Shown: positions 52,851-64,000 of the stretch, in pieces
How positions within the stretch are numbered: position 1 is the first letter of the stretch
Layout: each line of letters starts with the position of its first letter
Source of the DNA: Mobula hypostoma
Taxonomy: Eukaryota
Reading direction: 5' to 3'
Assembly (NCBI RefSeq): GCF_963921235.1
Contig: NC_086108.1
Span: 47,680,001 to 47,744,000 of the forward strand
Length of the DNA: 64,000 nt
Program-made: the position numbers and the translations under genes
The notes under the pieces: generated by a model
What the model was told of the DNA's origin: nothing
Databases searched by the model: none
Seen by the model: the letters and a program-made list of their open reading frames with translations, nothing else

Positions 52851-53262
52851 CCGAGTTAATTAAGCAATGGTTTGCACACTGCAAACAGTTGGGAAAAAGA
52901 TGATTTCAATCATCTTTTATGATTTTTTAACATTATGAAAATCCTTCATTGATCAGAGATTTGAAGATCCTTTTTAGTCTTTATTAAGAATTATGACCGT
53001 AATGCTTTGCATTTGCTAAACTCTAACCATTTTGGGGATCAACTCTTCATCATGGATCATCCCAACTTTTACTTTAGAATTTCATAATTGAAAGTTTCAT
53101 ATTATATTTCTATACTTGGGCATTCTGGGACGGTGAAAAGTGCTATATAAATGCAAATTGTTTCATCCTATTTTATTTTGCAATCTGCTAAATTCATGTA
53201 ATTAATTATATATAATGATTAGCACCATCATTTCATAATTAGTTTTCAGATCTATTTATTAT

Positions 53263-53969
53263 CAGAGGGATCTTGGAGTCTGAGTCCATAGGACATTCAA
53301 AGCTGCTTCGCAGGTTGACTTTGTAGTTAAGAAGGCATACAGTGCATTGGCCTTCATCAATCGTGTAAATGAGTTTAAGAGCCGAGAGGTAATATTGCAG
53401 CTGTCTAGGACCCTGGTCAGACCCCACTTGGAGTACTGTGCTCAATTCTGGTTGCCTCACTACAGGAAGGACGTGGAAACCATAGAAAGGGTGCAGAGGA
53501 GATTTACAAGGATGTTGCCTGGATTAGGGAGCATGCCTTATGAGAATAGGTTGTGTGAACTCGGCCTTTTCTCCTTGGAGCGACGGAGGATGAGAGGTGA
53601 CCTGATAGAGGTGTACAAGATGATGAGAGACATTGATCGTGTGGATAGTCAGAGGCTTTTTCTCATGGCTGAAATGGCTAGCACACGAGGGCATAGTTTT
53701 AAGGTGCCTGGAAGCAGCTACAGAGGAGATGTCAGAGGTAAGTTTCTCACACACAGAGTGGTGAGTGCGTGGAATGGGCTGCCAGCGGCGGTGGTGGAGG
53801 CAGAAACAATAGGGTCTTTTAAGAGACTCCTGGATGGATACATGGAGCTTAGAAAAATAGAGGGCTATGGGTAAGCCTAGGTAGTTCTAAGGTAAGGACT
53901 TGTTCGGCACAGCTTTGTGGGCCAAAGGGCCTGTATTGTGCTATAGGTTTTCTATGTTTATGTTTCTAT
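53263..53969 (+). mobile_element. CR1 LINE 3' end, young subfamily
   Basis: ORF 53347..53874, 175 aa uninterrupted CR1 ORF2 C-terminus (LVRPHLEYCAQFW..RRMRGDLIEVYK..VSAWNGLP); tttctatg-type tail. Confidence 0.92.
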
Positions 53970-56558
53970 TTGATTCCAACAGGTTTCTATAAAAGACATT
54001 AATGAAAATTTAAAATGTATCAAATTTACATGTTTATATTCTTTACAAAATCTCCCTTCCAATTACTTCCTGTTACTTATCTAGAGTTTCATCATAGCTT
54101 GGTTCTTGTTAATTGATAACATCTTGATCATGTCGTCCTTACCCTGCATGACTCGTCCTACAAAATGCCATCTCTTGGCTGCAGTATGATTGGTGGAAGG
54201 CTGGTTATGTGCATAGAAGAAGATGCAAATACCCCGAGAAGGGACAAGAACCACTTGGTGGTTCAATTTTTGCTGCGTTGAAGGCCCAATCTCAATCTCT
54301 CATCATGAATTACATTAGCTTGACAGAAAAAGCATGGGAGATGGGATGGTAGAAACAGGGAGGTAATTTTTAAACTGAAACTGAACTTGAACAGCTCCAT
54401 AAATAGAAGTTTGTTTTATATGTGCATTCAGACCAACCGGGATGTGTTAATTCATAACTGACCTCTAGACTGGCTAAATAATTCATTTAATAGTATCAAA
54501 TTGCTACTTTGATTCTAAAGAGAAAAGGGAAAAATGAATGGTCTATCTAGTATTGGCCAAGGCATTAAAACCTCCTCATTTGAGGACTGTATTTAAATTG
54601 GGAGATCTGTCACACAAGTAGAATCAGCAACAAACCAGCACAGTTGTGCTCACAGATTCATAGTCTTGACTCGTTCCTCCATCTCACTGACTTGGTGTCC
54701 ATTTGTCCCGCTAAAGGTTGCTGTAGAGTGGAGCAGGAACAGGAAAATAGGGTGGGAGGCAATATATTGGCAGCTTACTTTATATTTGGCAGGAAGGGCT
54801 AAAGCCGGGAGGGGAGCTGATGGGAGCAATAAGTTTGCTTTTAAGCAGCGGCTTAACTGAAATAGCCAGATGAAGATTGTGTTCACAAGAACGGATCAGA
54901 ATAGGCTGGGTATCCTAATTTTCTAATTTTCTTTCTTTAAGTATACTCCTGCACCCCTCTATACTCCTCCAGGGATTCACATGACCCCTCCTTTTTTTCT
55001 TGATCAGAAACTTATTATCTCACATCATCCTTTGTTACCTTGCACTCCACTATTTCCACTCTCCCCTCTTCCATCTGTTATTTTTCTTCCTCTCCTTGCC
55101 TGTTCTTGCTCCACCCCTTTCCCTCACCTCTTTATATTGGCTATCTCCCCACTACTTTTAAAACCAGATAAGGGGTCTCAACCCGAACCATTGACTGTCT
55201 GTTTCACTCCACAGATGCTACCTGACCTGCTGACTTACTCAAACAATACTTATTTTACTCCAGATTCAGCATCTGCAGTTTCTTGTTCTCTCCTTCTGTC
55301 TCATGTAGTTTGCCCTTGTAACTCTGCTTATCCCTTGTCAGTTTATTGATGTTGCAGGGGTCAGATGTGAACCACCACCTCCTGCAAAGATAAAGGAAAT
55401 GAAGTGTCTTGCCTGCCTTGATTGAATAACTAACATGGTGTAGAATGTGATGATGTTTAAACATCATCACATTGTTGATAACTTTGACAAGTCATTCTAT
55501 CCAAGTCATTGGGCCTTGACTTGTCCCATGAACTTTGTTTCTCCTCTCAGTGCAGCTTGACTAAGGGCCAAGTGGGTGTCCTGGGCTCCAGTAGGTAAAG
55601 GACCTCTCGACACTACCTTTTTCAGAAAGTCTTCAGGAAGTTTCTCTGGAAATTCATTGCATCCCCTCTTGCTGGTGTTTTGCTGCCTCTTGATAAAAAT
55701 GCAGTTGTGACAAGAAGGGCAGGGTTTCACTTCAGGTCCCTGATACTTGATTTCTGACAGCAGCATACAGCCTGAGTGAACTTTTTTTTGAAAAATGGGG
55801 GTTACTTGTTAAGAGTTCAGACCAGAAGGCTATAATAAATTAGTGCTTTGTAGAGTAGTACTATGAGAGGTATCAATTCAGTTGTACTTCTTTGTGTGAT
55901 CCAGTCCATTAAACTGTTCATAATTGGGCAACTTATCAGTAATAATTTCAGCATGTCATGCCAAACAGCTGAAACTACTTATAGCTTGCCTGCACAGTTG
56001 CAAATCTAGTGGCATAAAATTTGAGCAGCAGTGACAGCAACACTTCAGTTTCCTCCTACAGTTGGTTTGCAGTGTTAACATTTGTTTGAAGGGAGGTAGC
56101 ATCCATCATCAAGGTCTTCACCACCTAGGCCATGCACTTTTCTCGCTGCTACCATCAGTTAGAAGGTACAAGTGCCTCAGGGCTCGCACCATCAGGTTGA
56201 AGAATAGTTACTATCCTTCAGCCATCAGGCTCTTGAATAAATGAGGATAACTGCACTCATCTATTGAGCTGTTCCCACAACAGTGATCTCACCTTAAAGA
56301 CTCTTTGTCTTGTTATTTCATGCTCGTTATTTGTTGCTATTTATTTATATTTCCATTTGTACAGTTTTCATTGTCTTCTAAGGTCTACTTGATCTTTCAT
56401 TGATCCCGTTTACAATTAATATTCTATAGATGTGCTAAGTATGCCTGCAATAAACTAAACTCAGGGTTTTATGTGGTAACATATATGTACTCTGATAATA
56501 AAATTTACTTTGGATTTTGAACTTTTACTGCCAATGATTTAATTTTTTTTAAATCTAG

Positions 56559-56710
56559 ATAAGAGGCCTAAGTATAACCGCTTCACTGTTACCTGGATGT
56601 TGGCAGAGTCCAAAAACATTCTGAAAGCCTTCACCTCAATATCAGATTATGGTGGTATACTCCCCCGATCTTTGGCTGTCCTGGATGAATTACTCACAAA
56701 GGTTTCTGAG
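56559..56710 (+). CDS. SWT1: SWT1 internal coding exon
   Basis: aaatctag|ATAAG...TCTGAG|gtatct; 152 nt, phase 1 to 0; DKRPKYNRFTVTWMLAESKNILKAFTSISDYGGILPRSLAVLDELLTKVSE (cf. SWT1 AFS..SNYDGILPQ). Confidence 0.88.
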
Positions 56711-59407
56711 GTATCTCACCTAATATTTTGTTAAGGTTGAATGTAAAACTGGCACAGTTGCTACAGGAGGTAAAAGTTTATATTGCTTTGGGAAAATATT
56801 GACATGAATCATTAACAGTACCAAATTTAGTGAAACCTTTGAGGCTATGCCATCAGAAACATAGAAAACCTGCAGCACAATACTGGCCCTTCGGCCTACA
56901 ATGCTGTGCGGAACATGTACTTTAGAAATTACCTAGGGTTACCCAATAGCTCTCTAATTTTCTGAGCTCCATAAACCATGTCAGTAGGATATTAACTCCA
57001 AAGTGCATCTTTGAATACCAATTAAGTTCCCTGCTTGCCGCTTGTGAAATTGCACTATTGGGAAAAGGGAAGGCAATACGGCTGAAAAGGATTCACCATG
57101 TGACAGGGAACAGGCTCAGCAGGTAGCTTGTCTTTTTTGACTTTTTATTGTCAGAGTTGCTTCCATCTATCACCTGCTGCTTTTTTTAGGGATACACTTG
57201 TGGATGCAAATTTCAGATGTAATAGTTTTGCATTCATCGAATATGAGTGCACAATGCATTGAACCCTTGAGCAAACCAGCAAGTAATAATTACAGTGTGG
57301 TGATGGACCAAGTGATCCCATGAACGAACTGAGCGAGGAAGGGGCAGAGAGGTGCCTCTGAACCAAGTCAGGAGTAAGTAGTGTCTATGTGGACTGGGTT
57401 GTCATGAGTGTAGAAAATTATGCACTGGAGCAGCGATTGGTATGTAGTAGGATAAATATCGCAAGAGCATGAGAGAAGACTGACCAGTTGGTGGATTAAG
57501 ATTAATCTGATGGATTAAGATTAGCTGTGTAGACTAGATGGGGGTAGGGTAGAAGAGTGAAAAAGGTATGAGCAGAACAAAGGGAAGGTGCCTGAAATAG
57601 ATGGGAAAGAAATAGCACTCTTGTTTGATCTTATTTACAATTCTTGATAGATTTTGAGTTCACTGTTAGTTAGTTGCTTTCTGTCTTTTAACATAAATAT
57701 TGCCTTGTTAGCAAAGATGCATGAAAGTCAATTAAGATTATGGAGAGATTTCCAAACAAGAATAAAAGTGTTTAGTGCATGATTTTGGAGAGGTCCAGGG
57801 TGATTCAAGGTATTTGGCTGTCCAGAAGAGGCTTGTGTCAGAGGGAAAGGAAGGCTTTGAGGAAGGGGGATTATTGAGCAACAATGCTTGGAATTAAAAT
57901 TGAGAATATTTCATGGAAAAAAATCTGCATTTTATTTTGAGCTACTGGAGGATAAGGTGCCCGCAATTATTATAAGGATAGAGTCATTGGTTTATTGCAT
58001 GCCAGGATACTTGAAAAACAGTTTTGCATCAATTGAAGTTTTTGGAAACTAAAGGATGGAAGGCCAAAAAGAGAATCGAGCTTATTTGTTTTTTGCTTTT
58101 GGTTATCTAGCTCTGGTAGATAATTGTGGATTTAGTTTTGACATTGCAATGATGTCATGCTGTAATAGTAAGAATACAGTTTCAAAACGTTGACCATGGC
58201 TGACTTGTAATTCCCTCTCATCTCCCAGTCCAGTCAAGACGGTGCTAAGCAGTGGTCTCCATCAGGATCGTGGCTCAGACTTAATTGTTAATTAAGATCA
58301 TGAGGATGGTTTTGGGGATAGAGCAGGGAGTTAGGAGGTCAGGTTAGAGTTTAGGAACAATGATGTTGGGAAGATAAAGATCAGGTTAAGGTTTTGGAAT
58401 AGGAATGTGGAGTTAGCGGTCAGAGCTCCACTCCACACTCAAAACCTAGCAATGTGGACTGGTGACGAAGGACATCCAAAGTGCAGGCCTCTGCTCCGCA
58501 CTTTGTGCTCAAAGGCTAGTAACATGGGCAAGTGACAAAGAGCATTTGTGGATGTTGGGCTGTCCCAGGTCAGTGGGTCCTGGGATCAGATCTTGTGTGA
58601 ACAGGAGGCATGAGGAGGTATAAGGGCTGGTCAGTCAGCATCCCCAGAGTTCGAGCCTTGAGTTCAGGGTCCTGGCAATGACGAGTCTGGGGGTTGACGT
58701 CAAATGTCAATCAGATGTTGAAACCTGATGACCGAAGGCTGGAGGCTGTCCTGGAGTTGGAGAAATGTCTCGGTGTGTTTTGGGGGGGGGGAGGGAAGGG
58801 GCTTGTTTTACTTTTTATTGTCTGGTTGCTACCTATGTTTTGCTGAATGCTTGCATCGGAATGTGTGGTGACACTTGTAGACTGCCCCTCAGCACATCAG
58901 TAGGTGTGTTGATTGTTAACACAAACAACATATTTCACTGTATTTTTTGATGTACATATGATAAATGAATCTTGCTCAGTTGTTGGTCTGTACCTCACTG
59001 GAAAATGTAATCTAGGCTGACTGTTCAATGAATGGGAGGTAGCTACAGGTCTGAGACCTTTCCAGATCTGTCAAATGTTAATAGAGATCCTATGGCACTA
59101 TTCAAAGCAGAGACACGTTTCCCCCCCACTGTTTGATTTAATATTTAATTTCAGTCATTGTTACCAGCAACAAATTTTATAGTTGTTAGTGCTGATTTGT
59201 AGGATTTTGCTGTGGCCTAATTGACAACTAGGTTTCCATTTATTACGAGTGTGGTATCATTAAGATTTGAATTGTAAAACATCCTAAACCTAAGATATAT
59301 ATTGGGTTGCACATCTGTAGAATTGCTGCCACACAGGTCTAGTGACCAAGGTTCAATCCTGACAACCTGTGGTATTTTTATGGTGTTTGCATATTCTCAC
59401 TCTAAGT

Positions 59408-59487
59408 TAGTTGTTCCCAACCTGTCTTATGCCGTGGACCCCTACCATTAACCGAGGGGTCCATGGACCCTAGGCTGGGAATCCCTG
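59408..59487. mobile_element. 80-bp hAT MITE inside a V-SINE-like element (~59300-59700)
   Basis: Degenerate TIRs tagttgttcccaacct / aggctgggaatccctg; imperfect 8-bp TSD ctctaagt / ctctaata. Confidence 0.6.
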
Positions 59488-59954
59488 CTCTAATACATTG
59501 GCTTCCTCCCACGGTACAAAGACGTGTGGGTTAGTTGATCATGTGTAAGCTATTCCTACTGTACCCTTGCATGGTAGACAATGGAGGGAGTTGATGGGAA
59601 TGCAAGGAGAATGAAATGGTATAGGTATATTGTGTGCTTGATGTCAGGGTATTTTCAGTGGGCCAAAAGACCTGTTTCAGTGCTGATATCTAGTGATCAA
59701 TGTCTAGACAGTGGGGTCAATATTCTTCCAAAAGTGGGGAAGAGAAAACAGAAACAGAATCAGGTTTACTATCACCAGCATGTGACGTGAAATTTGTCAA
59801 CTTAGTAGCAGTTTAATGCAATACATAATATAGAAGAAAAAACAAAATATAATAATAAATAAATAAATAAATTACAGTATACATATATTGAATAGATTAA
59901 AAACACATCAATGATTTTATATGTAACCATTTTTCTTCCCTTGTATCTTTTAAG

Positions 59955-60196
59955 GGTGATATGAAAATTGAACCAAATTCAGAGTGTTTGCAAACATCAA
60001 AGAAGTTGTTGGAAATGGCAGACATTTCAGCTCAGTCACCATTACATCCTGATCCAGAGAGACATATAACTCTGCTCCCATTCAGCTGCAACGCCGGTGA
60101 CCCAGCGTCAGAGATGGAAAACTCTCAAGTTGTGAAAAAAAGTCAACAAACCTGGGCTACCTTTGAGAATGTCTGGAATATAATAACCAAATACAG
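59955..60196 (+). CDS. SWT1: SWT1 internal coding exon
   Basis: tcttttaag|GGTGAT...ATACAG|gtgaaa; 242 nt, phase 0 to 2; contains ORF 59961..60200 ending SQQTWATFENVWNIITKY (cf. SWT1 HQEIWSILESVWITI). Confidence 0.87.
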
Positions 60197-61110
60197 GTGA
60201 AAATATACATTCAGTAGTGATGTATTAGCTGATATTATGTGTATTTTTGATATGGTAAGCCAGTAATTTTGTTCTTTGCACTACAATAATACTGCAATTG
60301 TTGACTGAGCCAGAGAAAACTAGAAGTTGAGTCCCTAACTTGACTTTGAAGATTGCAAAGGCAATGTTATATCATTTTAAAATTTGAGTGTTGTCTTTGC
60401 TTGAAATTTATGAAATGATAACCAGGCATTAACATCAACTTACTGACAAGCACAAAGATGGGCTACTAAATTGGAATGCAAGAAGCAGCAATCAGTTGAA
60501 TGAGAAATTCTCAATATCTCTGGCTATCTATCCCATAGGATGATGATGGTTCCTTTCAGTCACTTAGTGGGGTTTGATATGTGCATCTTGGAGTGGCTGT
60601 ACAGGGATTCTTACCGCTAGAGTTGGATGACCCACCAACCATGGCAGACTGGCCAGGTTGGTGTGAGCAGGCTTTGTTTGAGCCGCCTTTTCTAGGCCCT
60701 TCCCTAATTATAGGGTGAGCAGTGCCTCCCTAAACAGGGCTGCTCAGACGCAGAGGGTGCTGCCTCACCAGGTCTCCGCTCTGTAATCCATGTGTGACCA
60801 CTGTCCCCCGCCGCCTGCATGCAGACTTGTGACTATGGCTCCCAGCTGGTCAAGCCTACCGCTTCGCCACTTGTCTGTCGCTACAGGACTTGGGTGTGTT
60901 GAGGATACCCCACTCTCAGAAAGGAACAGTGTGTGTGGATAGATTTCAGGTGAGTAGGGGGTTGTACAGGTCCAGACCCACCCTCTTGACATCCCCTCCT
61001 GGATCCAGTCCGTTTATAATAAATGAATGCTCTGTGTGCCATTACATTAACAATTTTATGAGTTGTGTGAGAATGCATGAAATTGATTTTTAAAAAATAT
61101 TTGTCCCTAG

Positions 61111-61254
61111 TTCGCTTATTTTTGCGACCTTTAACCTTCCTTACAACTCATTTGCTGTTGAAATGGACAGCAAGCTGCCACTTCCCGAGGAAGCATTTCA
61201 GAGTCTGCAGAAGTTGGTGCCTGCTGTGAAAGAACTACTGGCAGGAATTCAAAG
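61111..61254 (+). CDS. SWT1: SWT1 internal coding exon
   Basis: gtccctag|TTCG...TCAAAG|gtgagc; 144 nt, phase 2 to 2; SLIFATFNLPYNSFAVEMDSKLPLPEEAFQSLQKLVPAVKELLAGIQ (cf. SWT1 EEAFICLQKLMAAVRDILEGIQR). Confidence 0.92.
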
Positions 61255-62423
61255 GTGAGCATCTGACTTGCTTTTAAACCAAAATATATTTTTTAGCGAT
61301 GAGATTCAAATTTGCAGTATGTTACACGAACGTACAGAAGGCCTAGTAATTATAATAAACACACTGATCCTTTGGCAACTTGATCATTTTGAATAGTAAT
61401 GTAGAAAATAATAATTTGGGGTGGTAATTTACATTTTTGGAATTATCCTACTTCTGGCCAATAGGACAGACCCAAGTAATTGCCCCAGGTGTATAATGCC
61501 AGTGCAGCAGTTATTCTGCAGCAACTGAGGGAGGGCTGCAAATAATAATCAGTAGCTTCTTGTATATTCATTTTGACAAATAACACAAACATTTTTTGCT
61601 CTAAATAAGCATAAATTTTAGATTTGATTTATTGAAAATTCTAGAGGAAGATGGACATTAAATGTGGAAAGGACAGCAAAACGATTAAAAGGTGGTTCTG
61701 GAAGAATGTGATCACCAGCACTAGAATGAGTCCAAGGAGTTAACCACAACTGGAGGTTAATTTACAATCTTGGATTGTATCTCAGGCAGCTGATAGTTGG
61801 TGGTCAGTAAAGCTCAATTTAGAGTAAAGTTACATACTTAATGGAAACATGCAAGATAAGTTTAAAACCTCATATCTTGAGCACTAGAGATCAAAAAGTA
61901 AGTTTTTTTTGCATATGTTGAGTCCACACTATTTAATGCTGACTTATTTTAATAATTAAATTAAATTATTTTGGCCCTTGATTCAAAGTTTTCGTGAAAA
62001 CTCTTTGGTCTAAAAATAATCTGAAGATGAAGCAATTTCAGATAATAATAATAATAAAATCCTCCAATGAATTGATATGTCTGTTCTGACTTGAAGATGC
62101 GAGACTAAATCACAAATTACATGGATTTCCTTTATAATAATGGAATAGAAGCTTGGGGATTCAAGTCCCAATCCAGATGAGTGATTTATATAGTTTCACC
62201 TGATGATGCAGACTAGCACTGAGTGAGGGATGCAGTCAGGCAAGTTTTTGATGAAATGTTTAACCTAGAATCTATCCGTACTCCGCTGAGCATAAATGGT
62301 TGCAGGTACAAAGCACTTTCGCCATTGTCAATTAACTTTCAACTGTGAAAGGTTATTAACTTGAAAAATATATTTCTCTGTCCATGGGTGCTGCTTGAGC
62401 TATTAAACATTCCCAGCATTTTC

Positions 62424-62578
62424 ATAAAGCACTGGAGGAACTCCTTGGGTCAGATAACATCTATGGAAGGAAACGATGACTGTCCACATCCCTCCATAGA
62501 TGCTGACTGACCTGCTGAGTTCTTATAGCACCTTGTGCGCTGCTCCAGATTCCAGCATCTACAATCTCTTATGTCTCC
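62424..62578. mobile_element. Mini fold-back Penelope-like tail inserted within an older Penelope-like tail
   Basis: 15-bp TSD attcccagcattttc at 62409-62423 and 62579-62593; internal arms are mutually inverted (catctatgga / tccatagatg). Confidence 0.7.
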
Positions 62579-62946
62579 ATTCCCAGCATTTTCTCTTTTT
62601 AACTTCAATCTTCCAGGATCTGCATTTCCTTTTATTGCTTCTGCTTCATTCCTCAATCTATTTGTTAACACTTGCTAACTTCTACATGTATTGTTTTTCA
62701 ACAGAGGGTATACTGCTTTGCGACCTGTAGCACTGTCTAAGTACAAGTCTTTTCTTCAATATTCAGAAAATTGGCTGATTTGTTCACCAAGTTTGCAATA
62801 CATGAACTAAAATGTTGGATGCAGTATTATAATGTTGTAAAGTCATAGAGTAATACAGTGCAGAAATAGGCCCTTCAGTGCTACTGATTCATGCCATCCA
62901 CAGCTAGTCTCAGCTGTCGGCATTTGGTCCATAAGTCTCCCAAGTG

Positions 62947-64000
62947 CAGGTTTCTCCCGCTGTCCGAAGGTAGAGCGTTCCTATGAAACGGTTCGTAAGC
63001 CGGAATGTCGTAAAGTGAATAAGCAATTACCATTTATCAATATGGGAAAAATTTTGAGCATTCCCAGACCCAAAAAATAACCTACAAACTCATGCCAAAT
63101 AATACGTAAAACCTAAAAATAACAGTAACATATAGTAAAAGCAGGAATGATATGATAAATATACAGCCTATAAAGTAGAAGTACTTTTCTGCAGCACTGT
63201 CTAGCGCAGTAAAAATCTCATGAAAGCGCTCTCGGCAGAAACACTCTCTCCAGTAACCTTTAAGCTATGAAGCTGCCAAATCATACCAAATAACACATAA
63301 AAATACACAGCCTATTAGAAGTAGAAATAATGTATGTACAGTGTAGTTTCACTTACCGGAATCGGGAAGACTCCAATAAATTGCAGTTTTGTCACAGTTA
63401 AACACTTGCTTATACGAATAACCACCTGACACAATCGGCAATCGCCTCTGATCTGGGCCGACATTTACGTGCTGGGCGGCACCTAATTAATTAGCTTGTT
63501 TATTTTGGCGTTTTTCTTAAAGATGTGCTGGGTGCGTTCCGACTACCGCTGCACCACTACATTCTTCGCGGCAATGTATCAGTCCGCGGCCCAGAGGTTG
63601 GGGACCATTGCTTAAGCTATGAAGCTGCCCTCGCCTCAGAAACCGATCAAACCACCCATGACTACCTTTAAATTCCACTTTCGCAACACTTTCATCACCA
63701 TCGTCCAGTGCTTTCTGTTTCAGCTTACTAAAAAGACTGACTGATTTCTCCTTAAGTATAAGAAAACTTAACGGAACGCCACGCTTTTTACACCCATCAA
63801 TCCACTCAAGCAATAGATTTTCCATTTTATCCATTATTGGATGCCGACTAAGACCACTTTGCTAAGAGCAGAACCAACAGTAACATCGGCAGCTTTCAAA
63901 ATTCTTTCTTTCATAAATAGTGCAAATGGTGGACGCAGGCAAGTTTAACGCGTGGACAATGTCCTTACTTTGTTCACCACGATCGAAACACTTAATTATG
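62947..64000 (-). mobile_element. Tigger/pogo transposon derivative, internally rearranged, continues past window end
   Basis: ORF 63517..63834 has the CENP-B-type HTH (MENLLLEWI..LKEKS..FKGSHGWFDRF); terminus caggtttctcccgc near 62947; no DDD domain visible. Confidence 0.85.

Noticed and set aside
55506..55766. 86-aa Cys-containing minus-strand ORF
   Set aside because: No convincing splice sites or recognisable family; possibly an ancient LINE remnant.
56711..56718. Donor gtatctca resembling a U12-type 5' splice site
   Set aside because: Does not match the GTATCCTT consensus beyond position 5.
60535..61008. GC-richer interspersed repeat with a (CAT)n-like end; looked for an HDV-like ribozyme
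   Set aside because: Could not build the nested double pseudoknot by eye; family assignment uncertain.
1..64000. CRISPR arrays, operons, rRNA or tRNA genes
   Set aside because: None seen; sequence is spliceosomal-intron-containing vertebrate DNA, and tRNA-like motifs are SINE heads.

Overview
Eukaryotic (vertebrate) genomic DNA, not prokaryotic; the repeat set (V-SINE/HE1-like SINEs, CR1, Rex1/Babar, Penelope-like, fish-type L1, Tc1, Tigger) suggests a cartilaginous fish, which is an inference. The window lies inside a plus-strand multi-exon gene that I recognise as SWT1 (PIN-domain RNA endoribonuclease). Seven internal coding exons (16400-61254) splice in compatible phase through GT-AG junctions. 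The start and end of the gene lie outside the window. Much of the intronic sequence is transposon-derived, including a nested cluster at 23.9-33.3 kb (two Tc1 halves, an L1 with ORF1+ORF2, two Penelope-like insertions). Unexplained by the ORF track: the Penelope-like family carries a 36-nt minimal hammerhead ribozyme motif and repeatedly inserts as fold-back (inverted) structures, most with 12-15 bp target-site duplications. All three intact ribozyme copies are antisense to SWT1, while every copy I found on the SWT1 pre-mRNA strand is mutated. There is also a 350-bp palindromic hAT MITE, one arm of which recurs inside a rearranged Tigger element. I found no clearly novel protein-coding system; most ORFs in the track are repeat-derived or spurious.
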